Assembly: GCF_001194135.2 (NCBI RefSeq) | Contig: NC_068992.1 | Location: forward strand, 17,805,834 to 17,869,833 | DNA length: 64,000 bases | Origin: Octopus bimaculoides | Lineage: Eukaryota | Direction of reading: 5' to 3' | Shown here: piece by piece, positions 37,505 to 50,597 of the stretch | Numbering within the stretch: the stretch's first letter is position 1 | Layout: every line of letters starts with the position of its first letter | Position numbers and translations under genes: made by a program | Notes under the pieces: model-generated | Database searches by the model: none | What the model was told of the DNA's origin: nothing | What the model saw: the letters and a program-made list of their open reading frames with translations, nothing else

Positions 37505-37596
37505 TTTTCCGTTTTTCCCGAGCGTTAAACTAAGACACCTGCTTGTTGTCCCGACACCTATCTTCATCTCTTTTTTATTGGTAAATTTGAACTATA

Positions 37597-37725
37597 TATG
37601 GCAGTGTGGTAAGGAACTTGCTTCCCAACCACACGGCTCCGGGTTCAGTCCCACTGCGTGGCACCTTGGGCGGGTGTCTTCTATTATTGCCTCGGGCTGA
37701 CCAAAGACTTTCGATTGGATTTGTA
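37597..37725 (+). mobile_element. SINE family B, 5' part
   Basis: TGGCAGTGTGG A-box, GGTTCAGTCCC B-box, GTGGCACCTTGGGCGGGTGTCTT CORE-like motif. Confidence 0.85.
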
Positions 37726-38489
37726 TGTGTGTGTGTGTGTATAGCAACAACAAACAAACAGATTATCTTAGAGCATCACATGATTGCAAGCATAATCTGA
37801 TCAAGCGAATGATTCTTCAATCTCTGTAGCTAGACATTTCCACCTAAGTTCTAATTGGTTTCTTTGCCACATTGTTGGATTTTGTGTGCTCAAAATCTCT
37901 TTGTGATGACTAAATTCTTGCATGCCATCTCAGTGCCAATTTCATACAAGCTTGTTTAAATGATAAGAGGCAGAGAGAGATGTATAAAGTTTGGCAGTTT
38001 GGCAGTTTATCCCAAATTAATTAGCATGGCGCTCATTATATTTTCATTCGGAATACGTTCAAGTGAATCTGGATAGAGAAACTTTCAGCACTGCTATTTT
38101 ATGGACAAGTCGAAATTGTATGCCACGGTATGAAGGATCCCGTACCAATTAACAACATGCGCGATATAGCTGAAATATTCCAGTTGTCACTGAAATACAT
38201 TCGGGCATAGAATATATTGGAGAATAAACGTTGTAAAGAAGAAAATTTAATTGTGTGCAGTGCATGTAATAAACAAACATCAGTGGCAGCCAGAAATATG
38301 TATTGCTTTCTCGCATGAAAGATGAACGAATTTACTAGCAAATTTAGTTTAGTAAAGAATCTAGGTTTAAATTTGATGTTTTGAGTGGGAGAACTATAGT
38401 AATGAGCATGTTACTATTGAGAGAAGGACTGATCGTAATGATGGAATTTAATTATACATACATACAAGCATGTATACACACAAGTAGGA

Positions 38490-38759
38490 GAAGATAGTGC
38501 AAATCATTGTTGGGTCCTTGGAAGCAGTATCAGGAGCAATCAAAAAGAATATAAAGAAAAGAGCGTTCAGTAGAAATGTTACAAAAGGTTTGCCTCTTTG
38601 GCACGGCCAGAATAATCAGGAAAGTATAAGATAGCTGAAAAGAGAGAATAACATGGTACCGTAGGCTGCAGGTAGTAACTCCGCTTCGCATGCAAGACTC
38701 CAGGAGCTCCAACGAAACCTATAATAAATAGATAATAATAATAATAATAATAATAATAA
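38490..38759 (+). mobile_element. 3' end of an R4/Dong-like element with a (TAA)n tail
   Basis: IIVGSL..VSGAIKKNIK..EMLQKVCLFGTARIIRKV. The 3' UTR is homologous to the reverse complement of 28285-28400. Confidence 0.8.
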
Positions 38760-38760
38760 G

Positions 38761-39966
38761 ATCAGGCCTCCAAATAAAATATATGAGATAGACGAAAGAT
38801 GGAAGGGATACTGGGAGCTGGCCACGGATTTGGGAAGTCTAGCAATTTTTCCACTTATAAAAACAACAAAAAGACCAGACTTAGTCATATGCAACACAGA
38901 ACAGAGAATAGGAATCTTGCTAGAACTGACAGTACCATGGGAAGAAAACATCGACAATGCAGAGAAACAAAAGGAGAAGAGATATGAAAAACTAATCGAA
39001 GAGTGCAGAGAACAGGGATGGACTGTCGAGTACTACCATCTGGCAGTGGGGGCTAGAGGCTTCATTGAAAGAAAAATGACAACGCTATTCAAGAGAAGAT
39101 TTGCGTTTTCAAACTCGGAACTNNNNNNNNNNNNNNNNNNNNNNNNNNNNNNNNNNNNNNNNNNNNNNNNNNNNNNNNNNNNNNNNNNNNNNNNNNNNNN
39201 NNNNNNNNNNNNNNNNNNNNNNNNNNNNNNNNNNNNNNNNNNNNNNNNNNNNNNNNNNNNNNNNNNNNNNNNNNNNNNNNNNNNNNNNNNNNNNNNNNNN
39301 NNNNNNNNNNNNNNNNNNNNNNNNNNNNNNNNNNNNNNNNNNNNNNNNNNNNNNNNNNNNNNNNNNNNNNNNNNNNNNNNNNNNNNNNNNNNNNNNNNNN
39401 NNNNNNNNNNNNNNNNNNNNNNNNNNNNNNNNNNNNNNNNNNNNNNNNNNNNNNNNNNNNNNNNNNNNNNNNNNNNNNNNNNNNNNNNNNNNNNNNNNNN
39501 NNNNNNNNNNNNNNNNNNNNNNNNNNNNNNNNNNNNNNNNNNNNNNNNNNNNNNNNNNNNNNNNNNNNNNNNNNNNNNNNNNNNNNNNNNNNNNNNNNNN
39601 NNNNNNNNNNNNNNNNNNNNNNNNNNNNNNNNNNGGAAGGTATGTCGGAAGAAAGTAATTCAACAACGCGGGTTGATGAACCGTAAGACGTGTGGCCAGA
39701 ACCTCCTGGAAAATAACCATAGCGAGGGACATTCTACAGTTGAATTAGAACAGTCACAAACAGTGAAAGAAGACATGCACCCAACACCAGAGCTGAAGAC
39801 ACCTCCGAAAGGGGGTGGCCCCGCCACGTCAAAACGGTAGAGGAGTAGGGGCCGAAACCGGACGTGGTTTCTCCTGATGATGTCTTGAGCTAACTGGATC
39901 CTATAAAGGAGCTGTTGTGGTAGCAGACCACGAAACATGGTTGAAATTCCCCCATGGGTGGAATTT
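38761..39966 (+). mobile_element. 5'-truncated HERO-like (R2-group) RLE retrotransposon, spanning a gap
   Basis: TTKRPDLVI..LELTVPWEENIDNAEKQKEKRYEKLIEECREQGW..VGARGF is the PD..ELT.PWE..K..Y RLE signature typical of HERO-type elements. A structured putative 3' UTR follows the gap; continuity across the Ns is assumed. Confidence 0.8.
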
Positions 39967-40537
39967 ATAAATATTTTAATGCATCGCTACGGATGTTTTT
40001 TACAAATTACATATTTCTTACGGTCATAGTGCATATCCGTGAGATGATTACAGTACAGTCTATAGTATCCATGGACATTGCGTGGATCGCATTCATATGT
40101 TCCTTTTGTCAGGCGATATGATATTCGTCTGAGGTAATGTGTAGCTTATATTTTACCTTTTCAACTCCCTCAATTTGGAATGTTTTCAACTCCGATATGT
40201 GGAAAAGTGTATATAACTCTCCATGCCAATACATTGTTAGTATATGATATCGTGTACTGTCCAATTTTTGTTTTCTATAGTAGCCACCTCCTGCTTGAGA
40301 CATTCAAACGACCAACACTCGGATTCCTGGATCATATACATACATATATATATATATATNNNNNNNNNNNNNNNNNNNNNNNNNNNNNNNNNNNNNNNNN
40401 NNNNNNNNNNNNNNNNNNNNNNNNNNNNNNNNNNNNNNNNNNNNNNNNNNNNNNNNNNNNNNNNNNNNNNNNNNNNNNNNNNNNNNNNNNNNNNNNNNNN
40501 NNNNNNGAGAGAGAGAGAGAGAGAGAGGCATCGGAGT

Positions 40538-40728
40538 CTAATTTTTGGAGAAGGGGACAGTCGATTAGATCGACCCCAGTGCGCAACTGGTACTTAATTT
40601 ATCGACCCGGAAAGGATGACAGACAATGTCGACCACGGTGGAATTTGAACTCAGAACGTAAAAACGAATGAAATACCGCTAAGCATTTCGCCCGGCGTCC
40701 TAACGTTTCAGCAAGCTCGCCGCCTTAG
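40538..40728 (-). mobile_element. SINE family C copy
   Basis: Reverse complement of the AAGGCGGCGAGCT head through CTGGGGTCGATCTAATCGACT. Confidence 0.85.
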
Positions 40729-41737
40729 AACATTATTAATATTAAATTATTAGTCCTCTATGTTTGGTTTTGAGGTCATTTTCTAAACCTATTTAGCGTA
40801 TAGTTTCAATGCCAAGTATTAACCGTGACAAAAAGTGTAAGAAATAAATATAGGTGCCAAAAGTCATAGAAGTATTAAGGGTCTGTCTCCAGATTTTAGC
40901 CTCATTACAGCGGAGCCTATGCTTGTTTGTACTCTGTTTAACCGTTTAACATTTTAACCGGTCTTATAAGACCCAAATATTCTGAATGTTTTATGCCCAG
41001 ACCGGCTAGATTCGGCCTCTCACACGTGCCATACAGTGTCACTCTGAAAATATTCAGTCACATATTTCAAATCTCAAAGTTATGAAATAATTAATGATTT
41101 ATTTAAGCTAATATGAATAAATAAGATTTAAGTCTGACAGAGAAATCTAGATACTAAATGGTTAAGCGAGTGAAAGTAGAAGACTACTCCCTGAACAAAA
41201 TAGCTTTATTAACGCCAGTATGTCGCAGCTTGTACTCCATTTTAAGTGTTTATTTCTGGATTAATACCGTTTGATGGAAGAAAGATAAGTTCTCTCAATG
41301 AGACGTTAATCCTATTACATTAATCGCTGACACCTATTCCCGCCCTAGTGAGTAAATTGAAACATGAGATACTTGGAGACAAAACGTTTGTAGTATGTCT
41401 TTTGACCTCGAAGATCAGTTCGAATTCTTAAGTTACTCAGCCATTCCACTTCAAACAATGTTAGGAAATGTGGTGTTAGGTAATATTTAGATATCACCAA
41501 CTTATGACATCTGTTTGAATAGTTACGGCAAGGCCTAGAATTTTCCTACTGATGATATTCTTCTGTTCGACACACTTCACCTAACTCGTTTTGATGTCGT
41601 GTTTTAACATATTTGATGAGATTTTGCCTCAGACAAAAACCACAAGCAGCATAGCTTCCAATGATGTGCAAACGTTCTATTTAATACTCAGATTCTGATT
41701 TGATTCCGCCTCAGTTGCGTACACCGAACATACATAT

Positions 41738-41794
<57 letters not shown>

Positions 41795-43302
41795 CTAGTT
41801 TAAGTAACGTAAAACAATATGTTCTGATACAACATGACGTTAGAGTTAGGACTGAGACTGTTTCGTCTTCCAATCTTGTTTCCTTTTCCAAAATTAGTTC
41901 TAATGTTGCTCACAATTATCTAAATCCTCTTTCCATAGCAGGAGGTCAGCAGAATTCCTTTGATAACCTTTGTTCACCTTTGAAAGAATAACACGATTAT
42001 CTGTATTTTAGTGCATGAAATTTTCAGTTAACATTTAGCATTTATGTCGGTTGCTTTACTGCTCACCGTTTAGGTTCGCTTCCGTCCAATGACGTAGCGG
42101 ATATTTTCATCAAAAGCAGGAAGAAAGTAAAAGAAACAAATGAAATGATTTGTTCAAGCAGCACGGAGAGATCTCTTTGAAGAAGTAAAGAGAAAATAAA
42201 CGATGGACATCGGCAATAGTAGCAGATTTCATACATTGATAATAATGCAACGATGAAGGATACTTGCTGGTGAAGTAATAACGACACTGGCATTAGAAGC
42301 ACGTATTATCACATCAGAAGCAGCATAAACGGCAATATCAACAACCATAACAGCAACAACATCAAGAACAACAGCAACAGCCAAAGCAATGAAAATAACA
42401 AAAATAACAACAGTAATAATAACAACAAATACATTAATAGAAGATCAGAAAATCAACATTTCGAAATCGACGTGCTGTTTGGGAAATCTCTAAGTCTTAA
42501 GACCACCAAATATAAGGGAAAAGAAGAAGAAAAATGTGGGGGGTAGACAAACTTCATAAGCAAGTTAATTTAATCGGATATCTAGAGTAATTTCGGTTTT
42601 AAGCTTTCCAACACGCAACCTACCCATGATTTCAATTCTCAGAACTTCTCTGACTAAATAATTTCTTGGAATGAACCCAACTTTTCTTTAAGATAGAAGA
42701 TCAAATGTGGTTTACGATAATGTTTGTCATTTTTTCTTTTTTTCTTTTTTTTACTTTTCCTGTTACAGATTTTGATAATTACATTTAAAATATAAACCTA
42801 GAAATAAGAAAAGAGACACTGCAATGCATATATCACGCAAATTGTTGTCATAGTTACACTCAAAAGCAAACATTTTTCGACATGCAAACTTATTTTCATC
42901 ATATATTTTTACTTTTCTAATTTACTGTTTGCTAACCTTAGAATTAGTTTTATCAATTTATAAAACGAAATATTATTTGGTCGTTTTATAAGATGAAATA
43001 CTATTTTATCGCTTTATAAGATGAAAAATTTCATCATTGAAAAACAACATTCTTCGTGATTATTCATATGTTCGTTTTTATCGGCAGATTTTGGAAAAGT
43101 ATTCTTTATTTTGTAGCTTTTGTAGTCAGAAAGGACTATAATATTGTTATATTTGCGCTGAGTAACGAAATTCACTGGTGGAGTAATATATATTTTTTAC
43201 CCCTATTTAAAATTTATCCAGAATATTCTACAAGAGAAAAATTATATTTGCTTCACTTAAAATTTTCTCCTACTGGTCTTTCCTCCGATTTACGTTAAAC
43301 TC

Positions 43303-43388
43303 TTCTTTCTTTCCTCCTGCATCGTTTTCTGTTCTTTCTTTCCTCCTGCATCGTTTTCTGTTCTTTCTTTCCCCCTGCATCGTTTTCT
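43303..43388. repeat. 29-bp minisatellite x3 (TTCTTTCTTTCCTCCTGCATCGTTTTCTG)
   Basis: Three head-to-tail units. Confidence 0.9.
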
Positions 43389-44308
43389 TTTTTTTTTCTT
43401 TTCTACTTCAAATTACATTTACTTCTGTCAAACAATAACTTATCTATGTATTTTGGTTTCACCAACCACCGAGGAAATCCTTCCGTAGTAACTTATGACA
43501 TTCTGTTGAAAATGTGAAAATGCTCACTCGTTCTTGAATGACATTTGGTTGCGATAATCTGCTTCTGACGTTTCTATACAGGCCTCTAACATTAAATACA
43601 AGAGAAGCCTCTGGCTGCTTATTAATTTTCGTATATATATATATATGAAATTGTTGTACGCATGAAGTTGAAAATAAGCATCCAGAAAGTACAATTTTAC
43701 ACTAAAATCGACTCAATTTTGAAATTTCTTGTTTGGAATACTTTTGATTCAGGAAAAAGTGTTAAGAGAAATTCTGTGATTTATTTTTTATTGCTAGGCC
43801 AAAGGAGTAAAGGTATCACACATGATCCTCTTCAGGGTCTTGGACACATGTGAGAAGAATAGAGAATGTGATACTCTGACAGAGACATAAGCTGTTTCGA
43901 TAAAGTCTCCTAAGGGGCCAGAATGACAGAATTACGCATATCACCCAAGATTAAGTATAGCCACGTCAAAAGGATTTTATAGTTGTCTCCTCCCAAATTT
44001 TGACCACAACACTTTGGTCAACAAGATTCCGGAGAGGGAGACACTTTTACAAGGTAATCCGTAGTGGATAAGGAAACTTGAACCACTTGGATTCGCTGTA
44101 AACTTCTTAACAAGATCTCCCTGCCTGCGAAAGAAAGTACTATAAACAATCAGATCAAATCTTTTCGATGGACTTGATATTGTCTTGAACTAAGCAAACC
44201 CTATTCCACATAGATCAACGATTAAACGAATTCCAAATGCAACCATTGCATCATATTGTCAGACTACATTACACAATGTAAATTTATGTTGATATAGTAG
44301 AGCATGGT

Positions 44309-44698
44309 GGAGGCGCAATGGCCCAGTGGTTAGGGCAGCGGACTCGAGGTCATAGGATCGCGGTTTCGATTCCCAGACCGGGCGTTGTGAGTGTTTATTG
44401 AGCGAAAACACCTAAAGCTCCACGAGGCTCCGGCAGGGGATGGTGGTGAACTCTGCTGTACTCTTCCACCACAACTTTTTCTCACTCTTACTTCCTGTTT
44501 CTGTTGTGCCTGTAATTCAAAGGGTCAGCCTTGTCACACTGTGTCACGCTGAATATCCCCAAGAACTACGTTAAGGGTACACGTGTCTGTGGAGTGCTCA
44601 GACTCTTGCACGTTAACTTCACGAGCAGGCTGTTCCGTTGATCGGAATCAACTGGAACCCTCGACGTCGTAAGCGACGGAGTGCCAACAACAACAACA
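44309..44698 (+). mobile_element. Full-length SINE family A with a TSD
   Basis: A-box TGGCCCAGTGG, B-box GGTTTCGATTCC, (CAA)n tail. TSD AGTAGAGCATG(G/A)T at 44296-44308 and 44699-44711. Confidence 0.92.
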
Positions 44699-45879
44699 AG
44701 TAGAGCATGATTTCATGGAGCATGACTTCTATCTTTAGCACTTCGAGTGAGAACTGAATTACCCGTATCCGTTTAGAATTAATGGTACATCTTGACTTTT
44801 CTCCCTTTACAACTTTACATAGACTTTTCTGAAAGATGGTTAGAAGCTTATTGTATCTGCTAGCGTTTCGTGGCCTTAACTCATGCGTGAGTTTGAGATA
44901 TAACGTGAGGATGGCAGCAGGGCATAGAAGTACATGGAAAGGAAAGAATTGCAATCCGGTTAGCTCTAATTGTTTCAGGGTGTTAGAAGCCAGCTTCATT
45001 TGCTTAGGTGACAAACCTGTTGCCTATTCATATCTATTTCACATGTTAACCGAAATGCCGTTATCGTTTTCGTTTTATAAGATAGCAAATATCCGCAGTC
45101 ATGGTATTCCATTTGCTCCGGCTTTGCAAACAGGATCTTTATTTGTTCAACAATCAGTGAAGTCATGCAACCGGGTTCTGTACAGTTTCAATCAACTCCT
45201 TCGGCTTTAGTCTCAGCGGTATCTCTCCCTCACATTCTATTTCTTTCATCGCAGCAATGTTAGCTTTAATAAGGTTGCACGGATTATTGGATGCACAGAA
45301 TACTATGAATCAGTGGATACTACAAATCAGTGGATATGACAGAGAACGTTCATAGACTTTCTGACACAAATTGCATAACCATAAGGAAGAGAAATGTTGA
45401 AATGCTCATGACAACAAACATCGCAACTTCACTGAATGTGAAAATGCGAAAAGTTGAGTTGGTTAGAAATTTCAGATGAAAGTGAAAATCAGTAACCGGA
45501 AGCAAGGAAACATCGTAGAAAGGAGTCGAGTAGACTGTGTGTAAAGGGTCTTTTAAGATCATTGAATGATTTCAAGTGGCTGCACTGGTTTTGATGAAGG
45601 ACATTAGAAATCATGAAAGAATTAGAAATAAATGAAACTTGAAATTTCATTCAATTGCTCAACTCCNNNNNNNNNNNNNNNNNNNNNNNNNNNNNNNNNN
45701 NNNNNNNNNNNNNNNNNNNNNNNNNNNNNNNNNNNNNNNNNNNNNNNNNNNNNNNNNNNNNNNNNNNNNNNNNNNNNNNNNNNNNNNNNNNNNNNNNNNN
45801 NNNNNNNNNNNNNNNNNNNNNNNNNNNNNNNNTCCATAAATAGGAAAATATGAAATATAAATTAATATCTTTCCCAAGC

Positions 45880-46070
45880 GATTTCTAGAACTCTGTGACG
45901 TATGCATCCCCTCTCCTGGACAGGACGCCGGTCCGTCGCAGCTGACTGAACTACAGGAACGTGAAAAGAACTGTTTTGCTGAAGAACACAAAGCATCACC
46001 CGGTCAAGGAATCGATGCCAGAAACTTACGATTATACGTGCAACACCCAAACGACTAACGCACGCGATTC
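45880..46070 (-). mobile_element. Old CORE-like SINE
   Basis: On the minus strand: tRNA-like head remnant, GTGTTCTTCAGCAAAACAG CORE-like motif, TGCGACGGACCGGCGTCCTGTCCAGGAGAGGG 3' block. Confidence 0.55.
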
Positions 46071-46104
<34 letters not shown>

Positions 46105-46494
46105 TGCTCTGCTTTGTAGTAGGTCGCAAAAGTTATGGGGACTGATTTTATAACCGATGCAATTTTTTAAAGCATATTTAAAATCATATAACTGTATAAC
46201 TGTAATCGTTCATTATATTCAATGATGCATTCTGCTTGTGATGAATCTGTTTAACACAGGCTTATAGCTTGCTCTTAGTAACCCTTCCACTGTTATTCTC
46301 ACTTTTTGTTTTATGGAGTTATTCTATATAAAATTGCAGTGACATCCACCACTAATTACCTATCGGATTTTATTTCCTGTATCGAATTTCAATGAATTGC
46401 GATGTCTTATTTTTGCAAATACATTGTCACACGACGAGAAACTCGTATTTTTTTGTCCAATTTAACAGTTTAAGTCATGAAGTTTACAAATAAC

Positions 46495-46720
46495 ACGCGT
46501 TACCATTATGTAATTCTCAGGAAGATTCAGCGTGACGCAGAAAGTCACAAGGCTGACCTTTTGAAATTACAGGTACTATTCATTTTTGCCAGCTGAGTGG
46601 CGTAGAACAACATGAATTAAAGTGTTTTATTCAAGGGCACAACGTCACACTGGCGGGAATCGAACTCACGGCCTTATGATCGAGAGCCGAATATCCTTAA
46701 CCATTAAGCTGCGCGTCTCC
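46495..46720 (-). mobile_element. SINE family A' copy
   Basis: B-box GAGTTCGATTCCC, CORE-like CCCTTGAATAAAACACTTTAATTC, AGGTCAGCCTTGTGAC body shared with family A. Confidence 0.75.
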
Positions 46721-46757
46721 TTTCTCATGTATTACTGCCTTTAAAACATACACACGT

Positions 46758-47330
46758 TAAGGCAGCGCGATGGTAGAATTTTTAGCACGCAGAACAAAAT
46801 GCTTTGCGGCATTTCGCCCGTTTTATGTTCTGAGTTCAAACCAAGTACCAGGTGAGCACTGGGGCCGATGCAATCAACTCACCTGCTTCTGTGGAATTGC
46901 TGGCCTTGTGCCAAAATTTGAAACTGATTTATACACATGTTAAGTCGTCGAGCTGGCGCCGTTACGTTCTGAGTTCAAATTCCGCCGAGGTCCACTTTGC
47001 CTTTCATCCTTTCGGGGTCGATTAAATAAGTACCAGTTACACTCTGGTGTCGATATAATCGACTTAACCCGTTTGTCTGTCCTTGTTTGTCCCCTCTGTG
47101 TGTAGCCTCTTGTGGGCAGTAAAGAAATAAGAAACGTTAGCACGCCGGTCAAAATGCTATGAATCATTTTGTCCGTCATTACGTTCTGAGTACAAATTCC
47201 ACCAAGGTCCACTTTGTCTTTCATCCTTTCGGATACGATAAAATACGTACCAGTTACGAACTGGGGTCAATCTAATCGACTTACCCCTTCGCCCCCAAAA
47301 TTCTGAACTTGTGACAAAACTGGAAACCAA
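46758..47330 (+). mobile_element. SINE family C cluster: deleted monomer (46758-46930) plus dimer (46940-47330)
   Basis: Dimer junction GTAAAGAAATAAGAAACGTTAGC at ~47118-47140, the same register as at ~13900-13925. Confidence 0.85.
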
Positions 47331-47955
47331 TATATATATATATATATATATATATACTCACTTTCATACCAAAGCGCACTGTCCGTCCTTTACTTCATAT
47401 AAAATTATTGTATTTCACAGCAATGTGTTATCTCTTATCTACTATAGTTCCTGCATTTCTTGCAGTCGTTCTTTATTATTTTATTTTAATCTTACTCATT
47501 ATACTTTTAAGGCGTTTAATTTGATTTATGGTAAATCACCTCATCACCTTAACATCAAACTTAACCAATTATTCACATCTTTCCATTTAATCTATCACCC
47601 TTCGTTATCATCCATTAAAATTACTGAGCATAAATCTTCGTACTTAAAATTATAAGTATGCAACTTCGGTTTATATAAACTTCTATACTAATTGGTTATC
47701 ACAAAAACTTGTCTTCTCCTGCATAAGAACTCACTCAAAAGTATATTGTTATTTATATATTCTTCCTTTCTATAACGCGACCTCGAATTTTTTGCATAAT
47801 TCTCAAACTTTATCACAACCATTTTTTAAAATTTATTTTCACAAAGAAATAAATATGGACGTATAGTTAAGAATCTCGCTTTGCAACTATGAGGTCTTGG
47901 GCTTAATCCTTCTAAAGAGCTGTCTACCAGTAACTGTGCATTATAGGGTATATAC

Positions 47956-47986
<31 letters not shown>

Positions 47987-48056
47987 TGTATGTATGCATG
48001 TATGTATGTATGTATGTATGTATGTATGCATTTGTCTCTATGTATGTATATGTGTG

Positions 48057-48109
<53 letters not shown>

Positions 48110-48355
48110 GTGTGTGTGTTTGTGTGTGTGTGTGTGCTTGTGTGTGTGTGTGCGTATACATAAAAATCTGTATATACACTCTCTGTGAAGCTCTAACCAT
48201 AATGGCATCAGTCATACATCTGCTTGTACACATACTTCCTACTATACACACATTCACGTACACACACGCATGTATATATACATAAGTAGGTATATGTATT
48301 CTACATATATATTAATATATATATATACGTATAAATTTGTGACCTCATATATTCA

Positions 48356-48387
<32 letters not shown>

Positions 48388-49134
48388 NNNNNNNNNNNNN
48401 NNNNNNNNNNNNNNNNNNNNNNNNNNNNNNNNNNNNNNNNNNNNNNNNNNNNNNNNNNNNNNNNNNNNNNNNNNNNNNNNNNNNNNNNNNNNNNNNNNNN
48501 NNNNNNNNNNNNNNNNNNNNNNNNNNNNNNNNNNNNNNNNNNNNNNNNNNNNNNNNNNNNNNNNNNNNNNNNNNNNNNNNNNNNNNNNNNNNNNNNNNNN
48601 NNNNNNNNNNNNNNNNNNNNNNNNNNNNNNNNNNNNNNNNNNNNNNNNNNNNNNNNNNNNNNNNNNNNNNNNNNNNNNNNNNNNNNNNNNNNNNNNNNNN
48701 NNNNNNNNNNNNNNNNNNNNNNNNNNNNNNNNNNNNNNNNNNNNNNNNNNNNNNNNNNNNNNNNNNNNNNNNNNNNNNNNNNNNNNNNNNNNNNNNNNNN
48801 NNNNNNNNNNNNNNNNNNNNNNNNNNNNNNNNNNNNNNNNNNNNNNNNNNNNNNNNNNNNNNNNNNNNNNNNNNNNNNNNNNNNNNNNNNNNNNNNNNNN
48901 NNNNNNNNNNNNNNNNNNNNNNNNNNNNNNNNNNNNNNNNNNNNNNNNNNNNNNNNNNNNNNNNNNNNNNNNNNNNNNNNNNNNNNNNNNNNNNNNNNNN
49001 NNNNNNNNNNNNNNNNNNNNNNNNNNNNNNNNNNNNNNNNNNNNNNNNNNNNNNNNNNNNNNNNNNNNNNNNNNNNNNNNNNNNNNNNNNNNNNNNNNNN
49101 NNNNNNNNNNNNNNNNTATATATATATGTGTGTG

Positions 49135-49178
<44 letters not shown>

Positions 49179-49702
49179 TGTGTGTGTGTAGTTTGATATG
49201 TGCCAGCGCACGAAACTCTCTGACCTTCGGTCAATCTGTTACTTCTAAATGTTAATATATATATGCATGTATCTATGTATATATGTATGAATGTATGTAT
49301 GTATGTATGTATGTATGTGTGTATGTGTATGTATTTGTATGTATTCACACACACACGCGCGCACACACACAAATCCAGATGCAATTATATAAATATCTTT
49401 AATGAGTCATCGGTAACCAGTGCCTGGAATAAATATTCTTGCACCACTGTACATGCATAGCATGCAATTTGAAATCGATATTAAAAGTAAATATAGCATT
49501 GTAAGTTGATATAGATAATGTCTCATGATGTCAAAAACTGCTAAATCTTCTGCTTACCATTGAGTTAGCACTATCGTTCTCATAGAATCACTACAGTATT
49601 AATTATAATGAAGATTTAAATCTAAGTGCCGTGTTGGGCCTTGTATATTATGATCAAATTAACCCATTACTAAATATCAATAAATCTAGTGTACTACATA
49701 CA

Positions 49703-49905
49703 TACGATAGGGCACTAAAAAGTTTCTGGCTCTGGGTAAAATAAAATGCAAGAGGATCAGTTAATTATGATTTTATTCAGTATATTTCTGCCTCCGATTC
49801 ATACACTTATTGCAGCGGTCCTGCAGTTTTTCTAAGTCCTGTAAAAGAATTCGGAAGGCTGGGCCTCCAGCCAGGACTTTCGTGATACCCTTGAAGCCTG
49901 GAACT
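49703..49905 (-). mobile_element. mariner transposase C-terminus and terminal inverted repeat
   Basis: On the minus strand: WLEAQPSEFF..(frameshift)KLQDRCNKCMNR....TE*, then ...CCCAGAGCCAGAAACTTTTTAGTGCCCTATCGTA resembling a mariner TIR. Confidence 0.7.
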
Positions 49906-50597
49906 TTTCAGCAGGACAAGCAGCAGTGTTGTGAATGGGCAGCAGTGTTGTGATTCCCTGCACACAAACACGCACACGCACACACACTTTCTCTCGCGTA
50001 CACACACACACACATGCATGCACGCATACATACACAAGCACACACATACACACACACACGCACACGCACACACACACACACACGAACGCACGCATGCACA
50101 CACACACATTCGGCGGACGTCTCCCCTGCTTTCGTCTAGAAAACTCAAGCACGGACCATCATTGTTCGGCTCGCGCTATAATAGAAGACACATGCCCAAA
50201 GGATGGGATGATTGACAATGGCATAGGTTTTGAAGATGCCTCTCCTTAAAAAATAAATAGCGTCGCTAGGTGAGGCTGTCTGGCACTTAAACATCGTTAC
50301 TGCTTGACAGGTGGACAAGGGAAGCATCTAGTTCATTGTGCACCCTCTTCTCAAATAGTTCGAGGGCTTGCACCTCAAGGCAGCTAATCGGTTCTGGCTG
50401 CTGGAACTGAAACTAACATGACTCTGTTGGAAGGTAGGTCTAGAGAGGGCGCGTGCCAAAACTACGCGCTCTTCTCGTCCATCGTTCAGTTGAAGCTTAG
50501 ATTGTGTCACGTGACAGTTAGCTGGCACTGGATGCTGGAGCCTACCGGCGAGTATTTAGAGGGAGATTTGGCAGGATGGTCATTTGCCTGCTGGCAT

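Noticed and set aside
11170-43388. 19-, 14- and 29-bp tandem repeats as possible CRISPR-like arrays
   Set aside because: Units are contiguous with no unique spacers, there are no cas genes, and the context is eukaryotic.
43810-43845. Minus-strand CTGAAGA followed by a GGATCA/TGATACC hairpin
   Set aside because: No GAAA or helix III follows.
44619-45014. 131-aa minus-strand ORF with faint resemblance to a LINE post-RT region (..ILTLY..RP..)
   Set aside because: No diagnostic motif could be confirmed by eye; needs a TBLASTN/HMM search.
50150-50595. GC-richer unique stretch as a possible host exon
   Set aside because: The frames I translated are short or stop-interrupted and show no recognisable domain.
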